From an uncultured delta proteobacterium (GTDB lineage: Bacteria > Desulfobacterota > RBG-13-43-22), in the NCBI GenBank assembly GCA_963802945.1, contig CAWDKY010000034.1, positions 32,001 through 96,000 on the forward strand: a stretch of DNA of 64,000 nt, read 5' to 3'. Of this stretch, positions 40,136 to 51,389 are shown one piece after another. Each line of letters opens with the position of its first letter. Positions within the stretch are counted from its first letter, which is position 1. The notes beneath the pieces are model-generated. The model saw nothing but the letters and a program-made list of their open reading frames with translations. It was not told the origin of the DNA and did no database searches. The position numbers and the translations under genes were made by a program.

Positions 40136-41491
40136 CTAACCCAACTTTTTTAATCTAGCGGCAAAAAAGCCGTCCATCCTATGGGCCGGAGGCCAGGTCT
40201 GAAAAAAACCTTGGGCATCAATCAGTTTATGGGCCGGTTCCGGCAGAAAAGGAGAAACCTCTTCCAATTTAAATTCCGGATGGTTGTTTAAAAAATTTTT
40301 AATGACATCCTGATTCTCTTCCCGGTTCAGGGTGCAGGTGCAATAAACCAGAATACCTTTTGGTTTAAGCCATCCGGCCGCATTTTGCAAGAACTTGTTT
40401 TGCATCCGGGCCAGGCGCGGACTGTCTCCCGGGCCAAGCCTCCATTTAAGGTCCGGATTACGGCCTATGACTCCCCAGCCCGAGCAGGGGGCATCGATCA
40501 GGATTCTGTCAAAAGGCATGGTTGTTTTCGGAAACAGATCTTCATTCAGACCATCCCCAACCATCCCTTGAATGATGGGATCCTCCAATCTTCGGGCATT
40601 TTCCATTAAGGCTGTTATCTTTTTGGGATGAAGATCAACAGCCAGGATACTACCCTGATTATTCATTAACTGAGCAAGGTGCCCGGCTTTTCCTCCCGCC
40701 CCGGCACAAAGGTCCAAAATCCTTTCACCGGGTTGGGGATCAACAATAGGAGCAATCATCTGGGAGGCCTCATCCTGGATCTGAAACATGCCTTGTTGAT
40801 ACAACGTATCCTGGATCAAGGGTCGTTCCGGCTCTTCAATACGAATCCCTTCCGGAGAGAAGAAAGTGGTTTCAACCCCAAGTGTCTTGGATCGAAACTT
40901 TTTCAGAAGCTGCTCTCGATTGATCTTAAGGGTATTGACCCGGACGGACAGGGGGGGGATTTGGTTATTGGCCTGACACAAGGCCTCGGTCTTTTCAAAA
41001 TCAAAAAGTTCAAGCCAGTGTTCCACCAGCCAGGCCGGGTGGGAGAAATTAACCGCCAGATAGGAAACGGGGTCTTCCCGCGAAGGGAAAGAGAGATTTG
41101 CCTTCCCCCGTACCAGGGAACGCAAAATGGCATTGACAAAACCTCCTGTCCAAGGCGCCCGGCTGGATTTAGCCAGCTTCACCGATTCATTGACCGCAGC
41201 GGATATCGGAATCCGGGAGAGGAAAAGAAGTTGGAAGACCCCCAGCCTTAAAATAAACAAGGTCTTCAAGGACAGCTTGTCCAAAGGTCTTTGGGAAAAT
41301 TGTCTGATGACCCAATCGAGTTTTCCCTGCCAGCGCAGGACCCCGTAAACCAATTGATAAAGAAGAGCCCGGTCAAGAGTTTTGATTTGGGGATTTTTAT
41401 CCAGCAGATCCCGCAAAAGCTGATCCGGATAGGTTCCTGTTCGATGCCAGGAAAGAAGGACCTGAAGGGCCATGGATCGTGCAGTGGCCAT
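40136..41491 (-). CDS. rsmB: 16S rRNA m5C967 methyltransferase
   Basis: NusB-like N-domain, SHP.W, QDEASQ, DLCAGAGGK, DAPCSG, YCTCT. Confidence 0.95.
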   Translation of the reverse strand: MATARSMALQVLLSWHRTGTYPDQLLRDLLDKNPQIKTLDRALLYQLVYGVLRWQGKLDWVIRQFSQRPLDKLSLKTLFILRLGVFQLLFLSRIPISAAVNESVKLAKSSRAPWTGGFVNAILRSLVRGKANLSFPSREDPVSYLAVNFSHPAWLVEHWLELFDFEKTEALCQANNQIPPLSVRVNTLKINREQLLKKFRSKTLGVETTFFSPEGIRIEEPERPLIQDTLYQQGMFQIQDEASQMIAPIVDPQPGERILDLCAGAGGKAGHLAQLMNNQGSILAVDLHPKKITALMENARRLEDPIIQGMVGDGLNEDLFPKTTMPFDRILIDAPCSGWGVIGRNPDLKWRLGPGDSPRLARMQNKFLQNAAGWLKPKGILVYCTCTLNREENQDVIKNFLNNHPEFKLEEVSPFLPEPAHKLIDAQGFFQTWPPAHRMDGFFAARLKKLG

Positions 41492-41498
41492 CAGCCGA

Positions 41499-42450
41499 TC
41501 AGCGTCCCAATCGATCGCCGGCTTTCAAGGCAAACCCCCTCAGCAATTCTTCAGAAGACATACGCCGGTGCCCTTCCACATTGGGCTTCCAGTATGGTCA
41601 GTAAACCCTGACCGGTCTGGATTTGAATGCGGCCTTGCTCTAAAGAATTGATCGTCCCCGGAGTTCCCATAATTTCCATCGAATCCGGTCTGGCCCGGTG
41701 AATGATGAGCCGTTTCCCCTGCCAAAAGGTAAAGGCTCCGGGCCAGGGTGATAAACCCCGTATCCAGTGATCAATCTCCACAGCAGGAAGGTCCCAGCGG
41801 ATCTCTCCCTGGGCTTTTTTTAAAGGCGGGGCAGAGCAGGCTTGGGAAGGATCCTGCGGTTGAGGGAGAAGGGTGCCTTGTCGAAGCTGCGTCAGTGTTT
41901 GAAGCAACAGGCGCCCCCCAAGTTCTGAAAGCCGATCATGCAGGGTCTGGGCTGTGTCGGTTTCAGAAATCGGCTCCGTTTCCTGGAGCAGAATAGCCCC
42001 GGTGTCCATCCCGGCATCAAGGCGCATAGTGGTTATGCCGGTTTCTTTTTCTCCGGAGATAATGGCCCACTGGATCGGGGCTGCACCTCGATATTTAGGG
42101 AGCAACGAGGCATGGACATTAACAGCCCCCCAGGCCGGGATATCAAGGACTGTCTGGGGAAGGATCAGGCCATAGGCGACGACAATCAAAAAATCCGGCT
42201 TTTGTTCGGCTAGTTGTGCTTGAACAAAATTTTCTTTTAAAGAGACCGGCTGAAAAACAGGCAGATGATAGGAAAGGGCCAGCTCCTTGACCGGAGAGGG
42301 TTGGGATTTTCTGCCCCTCCCTTTAGGCCGATCAGGCTGGGTGTATATTGAAACCACATCTTCCCCGGCTTTGAGTAAGGCCTTCAGAGACGGCAGGGCA
42401 AAATCAGGGGTGCCCATAAAAATGAGACGGGGATAGTTGGGTGGCTTCAC
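41499..42450 (-). CDS. fmt: Methionyl-tRNA formyltransferase with a 1-nt frameshift near 41581
   Basis: FMGTPDFA, TQPDRPKGRG, NVHASLLPKYRGAAP; the C-terminal EGHRRMSSEELLRG continues in another frame to a stop at 41499. Confidence 0.95.
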
Positions 42451-42956
42451 TCTGGCTTCTTCAGCTTTTTTTTGACCCTTTTTTTGTAAAGGGCCCGTTT
42501 CAGGGCGCTGATGCGGTCGATAAAAAGGATGCCGTCCAGATGATCAATCTCATGCTGCAGAACCGTGGCCAGAACTCCTTCCCCGCAAATCTCCACCGGT
42601 TTCCCTTTGGCATTCAGCCCCCGGACTTTTACCTTGGCCTTTCTTTTGACCTCCGAAAAATATTCCGGCACACTCAGACAGCCTTCTTCTAAGGTCTGCT
42701 CTCCCTCAGCCTCAATAATCTCCGGATTAATCAGGAAGGAGGGCTTTCGACCCTCTTCCCTGGGCGTTGTATCAAAGACGATGAGCCGTATCGGTCGTCC
42801 CACCTGAGTGGCGGCCAATCCGATCCCGGGGGCTTGGTACATGGTCTCGAGCATGTCCTCAATCAGTTTTTGTATGGAGGCGTCTATGTCATTGACCGGT
42901 TCCGCCTTCTTTTGCAGGACAGGATCAGGGTATTTGTGTATTTCGAGTAAGGACAT
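42447..42956 (-). CDS. def: Peptide deformylase
   Basis: GIGLAATQ, EGCLS, QHEIDH. Confidence 0.98.
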   Translation of the reverse strand: MSLLEIHKYPDPVLQKKAEPVNDIDASIQKLIEDMLETMYQAPGIGLAATQVGRPIRLIVFDTTPREEGRKPSFLINPEIIEAEGEQTLEEGCLSVPEYFSEVKRKAKVKVRGLNAKGKPVEICGEGVLATVLQHEIDHLDGILFIDRISALKRALYKKRVKKKLKKPE

Positions 42957-42969
42957 AATAAAAACCCTA

Positions 42970-43101
42970 AATTCAGAAGTCAGGAGTCAGAAGAAGAGAG
43001 GTTGAGGTAGAAGACTCAGAAATTAATTACTAAAGAAATTTTATATAAAAGTCTTTTTGATCCAATAGTTATTCTGGATTCTGTCTCCTGACTTCTGAAT
43101 T
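42970..43101. repeat. Inverted pair of heptamer arrays (TCAGAAG / CTTCTGA)
   Basis: aattcagaagtcaggagtcagaag ... ttctggattctgtctcctgacttctgaatt. Confidence 0.7.
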
Positions 43102-43117
43102 CCAGCAGTTTGTTTTC

Positions 43118-45532
43118 TTATAACATATCTACCGGGTCTACATCCAGAATAATCTGAACACCTGTGCCTTGAATCAAGGATTTTTCAGCGTCCTGGATCA
43201 GGCCGGCTGCCTGATGTAATATCCGGCTGTTTTCCCCTTTTAACAACATCTGCCAGCGATATCTGCCTTTAATTTTGCTGATCGGTGCCGGGACCGGCCC
43301 TAATAGTTCCAAAGATGCAGCCCACTTGTTTTTTTGTATTTCTTTTTTGAGATACCCGCCGGCTTTTTCGGCCACCTGGGCCACCGATGTTTCTTGGTTC
43401 CCCTGAAATAAACAATTAATTAATCGGGAGAAGGGCGGGTATTTCAAAGCCCGGCGAAATCGTATTTCCTGGTTATAAAAACCCAGATAATCATGGTGCC
43501 CAACGTAGTTGAAAATATAATGGTCGGGATTATAGGTTTGAATATAGACCTGCCCGGGATGGATTCCCCGGCCGGCACGGCCGGCCACCTGGGCCAGAAG
43601 CTGAAAGGTGCGTTCCCCGGCTCGAAAATCAGGCCAGTTCAGAGAAAGGTCGGCACAGAGGACCCCGATCAGGGTCACCAGGGGAAAATCATGACCTTTG
43701 GTGATCATCTGGGTCCCGATCAGTATATCGGTTTTTTGGTCCCTGAGCTTTTTCAGGATTTCGAAATGGGCCCCTTTCCGAGTCACCGTATCCCGGTCCA
43801 TGCGGTCGATAGAGGCCTTGGGGAACAGAGCGGCCAATTCCCGCTGAACCTTTTCCGTGCCCATGCCCAGGGTCTTGATCCCTTCCTGATGACAACTCGG
43901 ACAGCGTATCGGCAAAGGCATACGATAGCCGCAGGTATGGCAAAGGAGTTGATTTTCCCGGGCGTGATAGGCCAGGGTCAAAGAGCAGTTGCGGCATTTG
44001 ATGACCGCACCGCAAAGTGTGCAAAGGATCAGGGTATCAAAGCCCCGGCGGTTCAGAAAAAGCAGGGTTTGCTTCTCATGATCTAAGTTCCGTCCAATGG
44101 CTTCTTCGAGAGGAGGAGAAAAAAAAGGAATCCGGCGGCCCCGGCGAAACTCTTTCATGTCGATGAAATTAATTTCCGGCAGGATTTGTTTCTGAACCCG
44201 TTTATGTATTCCCAGGTAACCAATTTTTTTTTGCCGCCTTAAGTAGAGGGTAGAGATAGAAGGAGTGGCCGAACCCAGAACCACCACGGCCGAGGCCTGC
44301 TGCCCCCGAACCAAGGCTAGATCACGGGCATGATAGCGAAGGGAGTCTGTCTGTTTGTAAGAAGAATCGTGCTCCTCATCAACCACGATCAAACCCAGGG
44401 AAGAAAAAGGAGCAAAGATGGCCGACCGGGTTCCAATGACCACCGGGCACAAGCCCTCCTGGATCCGCCGCCATTGGTCCAGCCGTTCGCCTGGATTCAG
44501 ACTGCTATGAAGCAGGGCAATCTTATCCCCGAAACGCAGGCGAAACCGGCCTTCCATCAGAGGGACCAGACCGATTTCCGGGACCAGGATCAGGACCTGA
44601 CGCCCCTGCTTTATGGTTTCTTCTGCCGCTCTCAAATAGACTTCCGTCTTTCCCGATCCGGTGATCCCATGAAGGAGAAGGCTGTTGTATGATCCGGACC
44701 TCAGTCCTTCCTGTATTCGTGTCAAGGCCTGTTCTTGTTCGGAGGTCAAATCCAAAGGACCTGTTTCCTGGGCCAGGATTTCTCCGAAAGGATTCCTCAT
44801 GCAAATCTGTTCCCGGATTTCAATCAAGCCTTTTCGACCAAGGGTGGATAAGCGCTGGGCCGACAGAGGAAAATGGTTCCGCAGATCCTTCAAAGGCAGA
44901 CCGGGGAGAGGAGAAAGAAAATCAAAGAGGGGATGATCTTTCGTTGGGAAATGTTCTTTTTGAAAATGGGGTCCGGGAAAAACCCATCTTTCTTTTTTGG
45001 GGCGGGCGGTTTCTTTTTTCAGTCGGGTGGTTCGTTGAATCCAACCTTGGTCTTCAAAAGCATTTAGAATTTTTTTCTCTTCCAACGAGAACCAGGATAA
45101 AGACCGACCTTTTAAAGAGGATAGGGATTGAAGGATTTCCTTTGCGTTTTCTTGCAGACCGCCGGCCTGCAAAGCCTTTATTCCCACGGGGGTTATCTCA
45201 ATCATTTGATAATCGGATACCGACAGACCAGGGGGTAAGGCCGCCTTCAGAACCTGTCCCAGGGGATGAAGATAGTAATGGGCGATCCAGGTAAAAAAGG
45301 GGCGCATGGTCTCTGAGAAAAGGGGCTTCGGATCAAGGATGCTGGAGACGGGTTTGATCGTCGGCCCGGATTCCGGTTTAGTGCCTTCCTCCCAAAGATA
45401 GCCGGTAACCCGCTTTTTTTTCAAAGGCACCAGGACCCGCTGGCCGATCCGGGGTTCTATGGCAAATGCCGACGGAACCTCATAAAGAAGAGGCTGATTT
45501 AAGGGAGGGACAATGACTTGAAAGAAAGGCAT
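43118..45532 (-). CDS. priA: Primosomal protein N' (replication restart helicase)
   Basis: GITGSGKT, DEEH, SATPS, four CxxC pairs, GTQMITKGHDFP, DVDP. Confidence 0.98.
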   Translation of the reverse strand: MPFFQVIVPPLNQPLLYEVPSAFAIEPRIGQRVLVPLKKKRVTGYLWEEGTKPESGPTIKPVSSILDPKPLFSETMRPFFTWIAHYYLHPLGQVLKAALPPGLSVSDYQMIEITPVGIKALQAGGLQENAKEILQSLSSLKGRSLSWFSLEEKKILNAFEDQGWIQRTTRLKKETARPKKERWVFPGPHFQKEHFPTKDHPLFDFLSPLPGLPLKDLRNHFPLSAQRLSTLGRKGLIEIREQICMRNPFGEILAQETGPLDLTSEQEQALTRIQEGLRSGSYNSLLLHGITGSGKTEVYLRAAEETIKQGRQVLILVPEIGLVPLMEGRFRLRFGDKIALLHSSLNPGERLDQWRRIQEGLCPVVIGTRSAIFAPFSSLGLIVVDEEHDSSYKQTDSLRYHARDLALVRGQQASAVVVLGSATPSISTLYLRRQKKIGYLGIHKRVQKQILPEINFIDMKEFRRGRRIPFFSPPLEEAIGRNLDHEKQTLLFLNRRGFDTLILCTLCGAVIKCRNCSLTLAYHARENQLLCHTCGYRMPLPIRCPSCHQEGIKTLGMGTEKVQRELAALFPKASIDRMDRDTVTRKGAHFEILKKLRDQKTDILIGTQMITKGHDFPLVTLIGVLCADLSLNWPDFRAGERTFQLLAQVAGRAGRGIHPGQVYIQTYNPDHYIFNYVGHHDYLGFYNQEIRFRRALKYPPFSRLINCLFQGNQETSVAQVAEKAGGYLKKEIQKNKWAASLELLGPVPAPISKIKGRYRWQMLLKGENSRILHQAAGLIQDAEKSLIQGTGVQIILDVDPVDML

Positions 45533-45848
45533 GATTTAAATTTGCTTCTGGTGGAATTTCCAGCGGTTTAATTAATTGATGGAATGACGGTGCTTTTCTT
45601 TCCCAGTCCATAGACGGGGTATAAGAAGCCTGATTTTTTATAATTGATATAAATCATAACAAACAGGTTAAGTCAATCCCAAAGGAATCTTGCCTTTTCC
45701 TTCAGGTCTTCACAGCCGTGGTCTTTTGCCAAATTTTTTGATAAAATTGAATACCTTTGATCTTGACATTTTTCTTTTTCTCAAAGATAAAGGAACGATC
45801 TTTTAATTTTTCCGGATTTTTCGGGAACCTTTTAAGCGAATCGTCACT

Positions 45849-47081
45849 ATGGTCCTCAACGTCATTTGGATAGCCTTTTTCGTCATCGCTTTTTTTCTTG
45901 GCCTGGTTAGGCTGCTCTTTTTCGGAGACACGGCCATCTTCCCGGCCATGATGAATAGCACTTTTCAAATGGCTAAAACCGGCTTTGAGATTTCCCTGAG
46001 CCTTACCGGGGTGATGACCCTGTGGATGGGACTGATGCGGGTGGGGGAGAAAGGCGGGATTGTCAACCTGATGTCCAGGGCGGTCGGTCCGCTTTTCCGG
46101 CGTTTGTTCCCGGAAATTCCCAAAGACCACCCGGCGGCCGGTTCGATCATGCTGAACATCGCGGCCAACATGCTCGGGCTCGACAATGCGGCCACCCCGC
46201 TCGGTCTGAAAGCCATGACGCAGCTTCAGGAGATCAATCGGGAAAAGGACACCGCCTCCAATGCCATGATCATGTTCCTGGTGCTGAACGCCTCGGGGTT
46301 GACCGTTATCCCGGTCAGCATCATGGTTTACCGCGCTCAGCTCGGCGCCGCCGATCCTTCGGATGTTTTTATCCCTATCCTACTGGCCACCTTTTGCTCT
46401 GCACTGGCCGGGCTGGTCTCAGTCGCCCTGATCCAGAGGATCAGCTTGCTGAACAAAGTGGTGCTTGCCTATCTGGGCAGCTTTACCTTGCTGGTTTCAG
46501 GCATCATCTGGTATTTTTCCACTATCCCGCAGGACCGGATCAACACCCTATCTACCGTTTCAGCCAACATCATCCTGTTCGGCATCATCATGGCTTTCAT
46601 CCTTTTGGCTTTTTTCAGGAAGGTGAATGTCTACGAGGCCTTTATCGAAGGGGCGAAAGACGGTTTCTCCATCTCCGTTAAGATCATCCCTTTTCTAGTG
46701 GCCATTCTGGTGGCAGTCGGAGTCTTCAGGGTCTCCGGCGCCTTGGATTATATCGTGGGTGGGATTGGTAACCTGGTTGCCGCTATGGGGGTGGACAGGG
46801 AATTCGTGAAAGCCCTGCCAACGGCTTTTATGAAACCCTTGAGCGGGTCCGGCTCTCGAGGCATGATGGTGGATACCATGAAACAATTCGGGGCCGATTC
46901 CTTTGTCGGACGGTTGTCGTGTATCTTCCAGGGTGCGTCCGATACCACCTTCTACATTATCGCGGTTTATTTCGGTTCGGTCGGTATCCGCAAGACAAGG
47001 TACGCCTTGACTTGCGGGCTGATCGCCGACTTTGCCGGAGTCCTGGCCGCCATTTTCATCGCTTATCTGTTCTTTCGCTGA
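45849..47081 (+). CDS. SpmA/SpmB-fusion membrane protein (nucleoside-recognition Gate domain)
   Basis: ANMLGLDNAATPLGLKAM, KPLSGSGSR, DTTFYIIAVYFGSV. Confidence 0.85.
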   Translation: MVLNVIWIAFFVIAFFLGLVRLLFFGDTAIFPAMMNSTFQMAKTGFEISLSLTGVMTLWMGLMRVGEKGGIVNLMSRAVGPLFRRLFPEIPKDHPAAGSIMLNIAANMLGLDNAATPLGLKAMTQLQEINREKDTASNAMIMFLVLNASGLTVIPVSIMVYRAQLGAADPSDVFIPILLATFCSALAGLVSVALIQRISLLNKVVLAYLGSFTLLVSGIIWYFSTIPQDRINTLSTVSANIILFGIIMAFILLAFFRKVNVYEAFIEGAKDGFSISVKIIPFLVAILVAVGVFRVSGALDYIVGGIGNLVAAMGVDREFVKALPTAFMKPLSGSGSRGMMVDTMKQFGADSFVGRLSCIFQGASDTTFYIIAVYFGSVGIRKTRYALTCGLIADFAGVLAAIFIAYLFFR

Positions 47082-47187
47082 CCGTTTTGCTCAACCAATC
47101 CCTGGCAATGAGTTCTGTGTTTTTTTTATTAAAAGAAACAACCTTCTCCGGTTGTAAGAAAAGAGAAACTATGATAGCCTTCTATTT

Positions 47188-48033
47188 ATGGAAACCGTCA
47201 ATATTGAAGGGGTAACCCTGTATCTAAGTCATCCCGACACCCTGCCATTAGATTGGGTCGGTCAGCCCGATCTAATCGACCAGGTCCTGGCCGCCTGGCT
47301 GGTGGTGGAGGAAAAGGACCTGCCATTGCATCCCCGGCTGATCGGCAAACCCGGCGTGGGCAAAACCACCCTGGCTTATGCTGCAGCCCGGAGACTGGGA
47401 CGGGAAATCTATTTCTATCAGGCCACCATGGATACCAGGCCGGAAGACCTGATCATTACCCCGGTGATCGCCGAGCAGGGGAAGATCCATTATATGGCCA
47501 GTTCCCTGGTTACGGCCATGATTCGCGGCGGGGTCCTGATCCTCGATGAAGGCAACCGGATGAGTGAAAAGAGCTGGGCCTCTCTGGCCCCATTATTGGA
47601 CAACCGACGCTATGTGGAGTCCGTGGTTACCGGCATCAAGATCCCGGCCCATCCGGAATTTCGATTCTGTGCCACCATGAACGACGATGCCAGTACCTTT
47701 GAGCTGCCGGAATATATCCACTCCCGGTTGCAGCCCCAGATTTTTATTGATTTTCCCGAACCGGAAGAAGAACGACTGATCCTGAAAAGGAATCTGCCCT
47801 TTGCTCCGGAGGATATCCTTGATTATGTGACTCTGTTTCTTCAAAGAGCTCATCAGGCCCAGGAACGCTTTACGGTTCGGGACGGTATCAATATCGCTCG
47901 CTATGCCCTGAAGTGTTTGGAAGGCCGTCAGATCCTCAGGAAGGTCGCCTCAGAAGAACGCAAACTCCTCACCCTGCGGCTATCCATTGAAATGATTTTA
48001 GGAGAAAAAGCCCTGGACTTTTGGCCCTATTGA
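47188..48033 (+). CDS. AAA+ ATPase (MoxR/AAA_5-like)
   Basis: GKPGVGKT, ILDE, ATMN, SRL. Confidence 0.85.
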   Translation: METVNIEGVTLYLSHPDTLPLDWVGQPDLIDQVLAAWLVVEEKDLPLHPRLIGKPGVGKTTLAYAAARRLGREIYFYQATMDTRPEDLIITPVIAEQGKIHYMASSLVTAMIRGGVLILDEGNRMSEKSWASLAPLLDNRRYVESVVTGIKIPAHPEFRFCATMNDDASTFELPEYIHSRLQPQIFIDFPEPEEERLILKRNLPFAPEDILDYVTLFLQRAHQAQERFTVRDGINIARYALKCLEGRQILRKVASEERKLLTLRLSIEMILGEKALDFWPY

Positions 48034-48128
48034 CTATGGACAAACTCGTAAAAAGTGAAGGGCGATGGATTTTCTTTTCATGTTTGGCAGCAAATGATTT
48101 TTTTTAAAAAGGAATAATTTTTAAAGCT

Positions 48129-49217
48129 ATGCCGGTGAGTGATATCTACCAGGAAATAGACCGGGAACTCGGTCAAAATAAGGAAGTGATCCTGGCCACT
48201 ATTGTTGCCCGGAAAGGGTCAACCCCTCGCGCTCTGGGAACCCAGTTTTTGATTCGGCCCGACGGGTCTTTTTGGGGAACGATCGGAGGCGGAAGGGTGG
48301 AGGCCGATGTACTGGCCGAAGCCCCAAAGGTTTTCGCGGAAAAGAAAAACAGGATATTTTTTTTCCGGTTAACTAACGAGGAAGCGGCCGAGACCGGGAT
48401 GATTTGCGGGGGGGAGCTTGAAATCTATCTGGAACTTTTTTCCGGACGGAATCCTTTTCACCGGGATTTTTTTAAAAAGGTATCTGAGTTTCGGAAATTC
48501 GGCAAGCCCGGCCTGATAGTAACCCTTTTGAATGAAGGAAAATCAACAGGCCGTTCTGATGACAAATATCTTTATGTGCCGGGGGAAGAACAAGGGCTTG
48601 AAAGCGTGCCCTGGATAACCCCTATTCTGGAACATGTCCCCCGGATCCTTTCGGGCCAACAACCGGTGTTGTTGACGGCTGAGGTTCAGGGGGAAAAAAA
48701 GAAATTTTTTCTGGAACCCATAATAGCCTTGTCCCATTTATACATCTTTGGGGCCGGTCACGTTTCTCTATGTCTGTGTGCCTTGGCCAAAACGATTGGA
48801 TTCCAGGTGACGGTCTTGGATGACCGGGCTGAATTTGCCGATGGCCGGCGATTTCCTGATGCGGACGACCTTGTGGTCCGGCCGTTTGATCAGATGCTGA
48901 AGGATTTCCCGATTGACCAGAATGCCTTTGTGGTCATTGTAACCCGCGGACACCTGCACGACCAACAGATCCTTCAGCAGGTCCTTAAAAATCCTCCCCG
49001 TTATATCGGGATGATCGGCAGCCGGCATAAGAAAGGGATTATCTTCAAGGCCCTGCGACAGGAAGGGTTTTCTGAGGACCTCATTCAATCCATCCATACC
49101 CCTATCGGACTGGACATCGGGGCTGAAACGCCGGAGGAAATCGCCGTTTCCATCGTGGCCGAGATCATCCAGGTCCGAGGTTCTGGAAAAACCAAAAAGA
49201 AAAAAATACCGACCTGA
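48129..49217 (+). CDS. XdhC/CoxI-family molybdoenzyme accessory protein
   Basis: GSTPR, GTIGGG, MICGG, FGAGHV, YIGMIGSR, PIGLDIGAETPEEIA. Confidence 0.93.
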   Translation: MPVSDIYQEIDRELGQNKEVILATIVARKGSTPRALGTQFLIRPDGSFWGTIGGGRVEADVLAEAPKVFAEKKNRIFFFRLTNEEAAETGMICGGELEIYLELFSGRNPFHRDFFKKVSEFRKFGKPGLIVTLLNEGKSTGRSDDKYLYVPGEEQGLESVPWITPILEHVPRILSGQQPVLLTAEVQGEKKKFFLEPIIALSHLYIFGAGHVSLCLCALAKTIGFQVTVLDDRAEFADGRRFPDADDLVVRPFDQMLKDFPIDQNAFVVIVTRGHLHDQQILQQVLKNPPRYIGMIGSRHKKGIIFKALRQEGFSEDLIQSIHTPIGLDIGAETPEEIAVSIVAEIIQVRGSGKTKKKKIPT

Positions 49218-49272
49218 TCCCTCGACGCTAGGATCATCTTTTAAAAGCTAACTCAATTCAAGGGAGAACATT

Positions 49273-51210
49273 ATGAATTCATTAAGTCATATTCTGTCAC
49301 CCATTACCATTAAATCCTTGACCTTGACCAATCGGGTAGTGATGCCCCCTATGGGGACCAACCTGGGCCATGACGATGGAACAGTCAGCGCTGAGAACCT
49401 GGCCTACTTGAAGCGTAGGGCCAAAGGCCAGCCGGGGTTGATCATCACGGAAATAACCGCGGCCCATCCTGATGGGATCGTCAACCCGAATCAACTGGGC
49501 GCTTACGACGACCGGTTCATTCCGGGCCTTTCCAAGCTGGTTGCCATAGCCCACGAAGCGGGGACCAAGATCGCCATGCAGATCCATCATGTGGGCCGGG
49601 AAAGCATCTTTCTTTTGAATCAGGGAAAGGCTTTGGGGCCGTCGGCGGTTCCGAGTATCGTATATCGAAGGACCCCCAGGGAAATGACCCTGGAAGAAAT
49701 TCATGACGTGATCGCCGGTTTTGGGGGTGCGGCAGACCGGGCCCAAGAGGCAGGCTTCGATGCGGTGGAACTCCACGCCGCCCACGGTTATCTTCTGATG
49801 CAATTCTTATCCGCCATATCGAATCGGCGGACGGATGCCTACGGAGGGGCAACCTTAAAAGAGCGGTCACAGTTTTTGATCGAGACCATTCAGGAAGTCC
49901 GCCGCCGGGTGGGCCAGGCATTCCCTATTTCAGTTCGGGTTTCCGCAGAAGAGCACATCCGTGGAGGCTACACGGTCGAAGATATGCAGACCATCGTACC
50001 GGATATGGTTAAGGCCGGCGCAGATCTGATCCACGCCTCCATCGGCACTCACGGGAGCCCGGGGGCCATAACCCAGGCCACGGCCGAGTACGAACCGGGA
50101 TTCAATGCCACGCTGGCCCGAAAAATCAAGGAGGTCGTGACGGTACCGGTCATTGCCGTGGGACGGTTCAGTGATCCGGCTCTGGCCGACGAAGTGATCG
50201 GTTGCGGCGATGCCGACCTGGCGGCCTTCGGCCGTCAATTTCTCGCCGACCCTGATTTCCTGATCAAGGCCAAGTCTGGAAGATCGGCCGATATCAGAAA
50301 GTGCATCGCCTGCAATCAGGGATGCATAGAGCGTGAGATGCTCCTTGAAGGAAATATACGCTGTTCGATAAATCCCGAGACCGGTCAGGAGACGATTTAC
50401 CCGGAAGGTCCGGCAGCAAAATCTAAAGACGTTTGGGTCGTAGGATCAGGCCCCGGAGGTCTGACCGCGGCTTATGAGGCGGCCCGGCTTGGGCATCGGG
50501 TGACCGTTTTCGAACAGGAGAAGGAGCTGGGTGGTCAGATCCGTTACGCCCGGATACCTCCGCACAAAGAAATATACGGCCAATGGATCGATTGGCAGAT
50601 CGATCAGGTAAGAAAGGCCGGGGTTATGATCAAAAGCAGTACCGCAGTAACCGAGGCCATGCTTAAAGAACAACGGCCCGAATATGTTATTTTGGCTGCG
50701 GGCGGCCAAAAAATCATCCCTGTGATTCCCGGAATGGATAAGAGTCACGTTTGCGATGCTTGGCAGATACTGAACGGTTCAGTGAAACCGGAGAAGAATG
50801 TGTTGGTTGTGGGCGGAGGACTCATTGGGATGGAAACGGCCGATTTTTTAAGTGAGAAGGGAAGCCAGGTGACTCTGGTTGAGATCCTGGAACGATCGCC
50901 GGTTCGAAAGATTACCTCTCACGGATTCATGGTACATCAGCGTCTTCAGGACAAGAACTGCCGTCTGATATTCAGTACGGCCTTAACGGACATCGGTGAC
51001 GGGAAGGTAGAGATCGAAACCAAAGGGGAAAAATCGACGCTGTCTCCTGTCGATCAAGTGGTCTTCGCCGTGGGGTTGAAGCCCAGAGACGAATTAAAAG
51101 GGATTCTTGAGGCCCTGAAGATCCCCTTTGCAGTGGTCGGCGACGCCCGCCAACCCCGGCGGATCTTCGAGGCCGTGGAAGAAGGGGCACGGGCCGCCTG
51201 GGAATTGTAG
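49273..51210 (+). CDS. NADH:flavin oxidoreductase (OYE-like FMN barrel + 4Fe-4S + FAD; FadH/BaiCD-like)
   Basis: HAAHGYL, CIACNQGC...C, GSGPGG, GGGLIG. Confidence 0.92.
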   Translation: MNSLSHILSPITIKSLTLTNRVVMPPMGTNLGHDDGTVSAENLAYLKRRAKGQPGLIITEITAAHPDGIVNPNQLGAYDDRFIPGLSKLVAIAHEAGTKIAMQIHHVGRESIFLLNQGKALGPSAVPSIVYRRTPREMTLEEIHDVIAGFGGAADRAQEAGFDAVELHAAHGYLLMQFLSAISNRRTDAYGGATLKERSQFLIETIQEVRRRVGQAFPISVRVSAEEHIRGGYTVEDMQTIVPDMVKAGADLIHASIGTHGSPGAITQATAEYEPGFNATLARKIKEVVTVPVIAVGRFSDPALADEVIGCGDADLAAFGRQFLADPDFLIKAKSGRSADIRKCIACNQGCIEREMLLEGNIRCSINPETGQETIYPEGPAAKSKDVWVVGSGPGGLTAAYEAARLGHRVTVFEQEKELGGQIRYARIPPHKEIYGQWIDWQIDQVRKAGVMIKSSTAVTEAMLKEQRPEYVILAAGGQKIIPVIPGMDKSHVCDAWQILNGSVKPEKNVLVVGGGLIGMETADFLSEKGSQVTLVEILERSPVRKITSHGFMVHQRLQDKNCRLIFSTALTDIGDGKVEIETKGEKSTLSPVDQVVFAVGLKPRDELKGILEALKIPFAVVGDARQPRRIFEAVEEGARAAWEL

Positions 51211-51225
51211 AACCTTATCAAAAAA

Positions 51226-51323
51226 TTCGAATATTGAATTTTGAAAATCGAATTTCGAATCATAAAGGGAGGTCGATTTAATTTCCTTCGATATTCAGTA
51301 TTCGTTATTCGACATTCGACATT
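51226..51323. repeat. Inverted pair of heptamer arrays (TTCGAAT type)
   Basis: ttcgaat attgaat tttgaaa atcgaat ttcgaat ... ttcgata ttcagta ttcgtta ttcgaca ttcgaca. Confidence 0.8.
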
Positions 51324-51389
51324 TTTTGCTTCATGTCCCAGCCTGCTGGCGGACATGAGACTTTAGAGAAGATTAGTAAAGAAACGATA

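Noticed and set aside
51226-51323. Heptamer and REP arrays as a CRISPR array
   Set aside because: No identical 23-50 nt repeats with unique spacers and no cas genes in the window.
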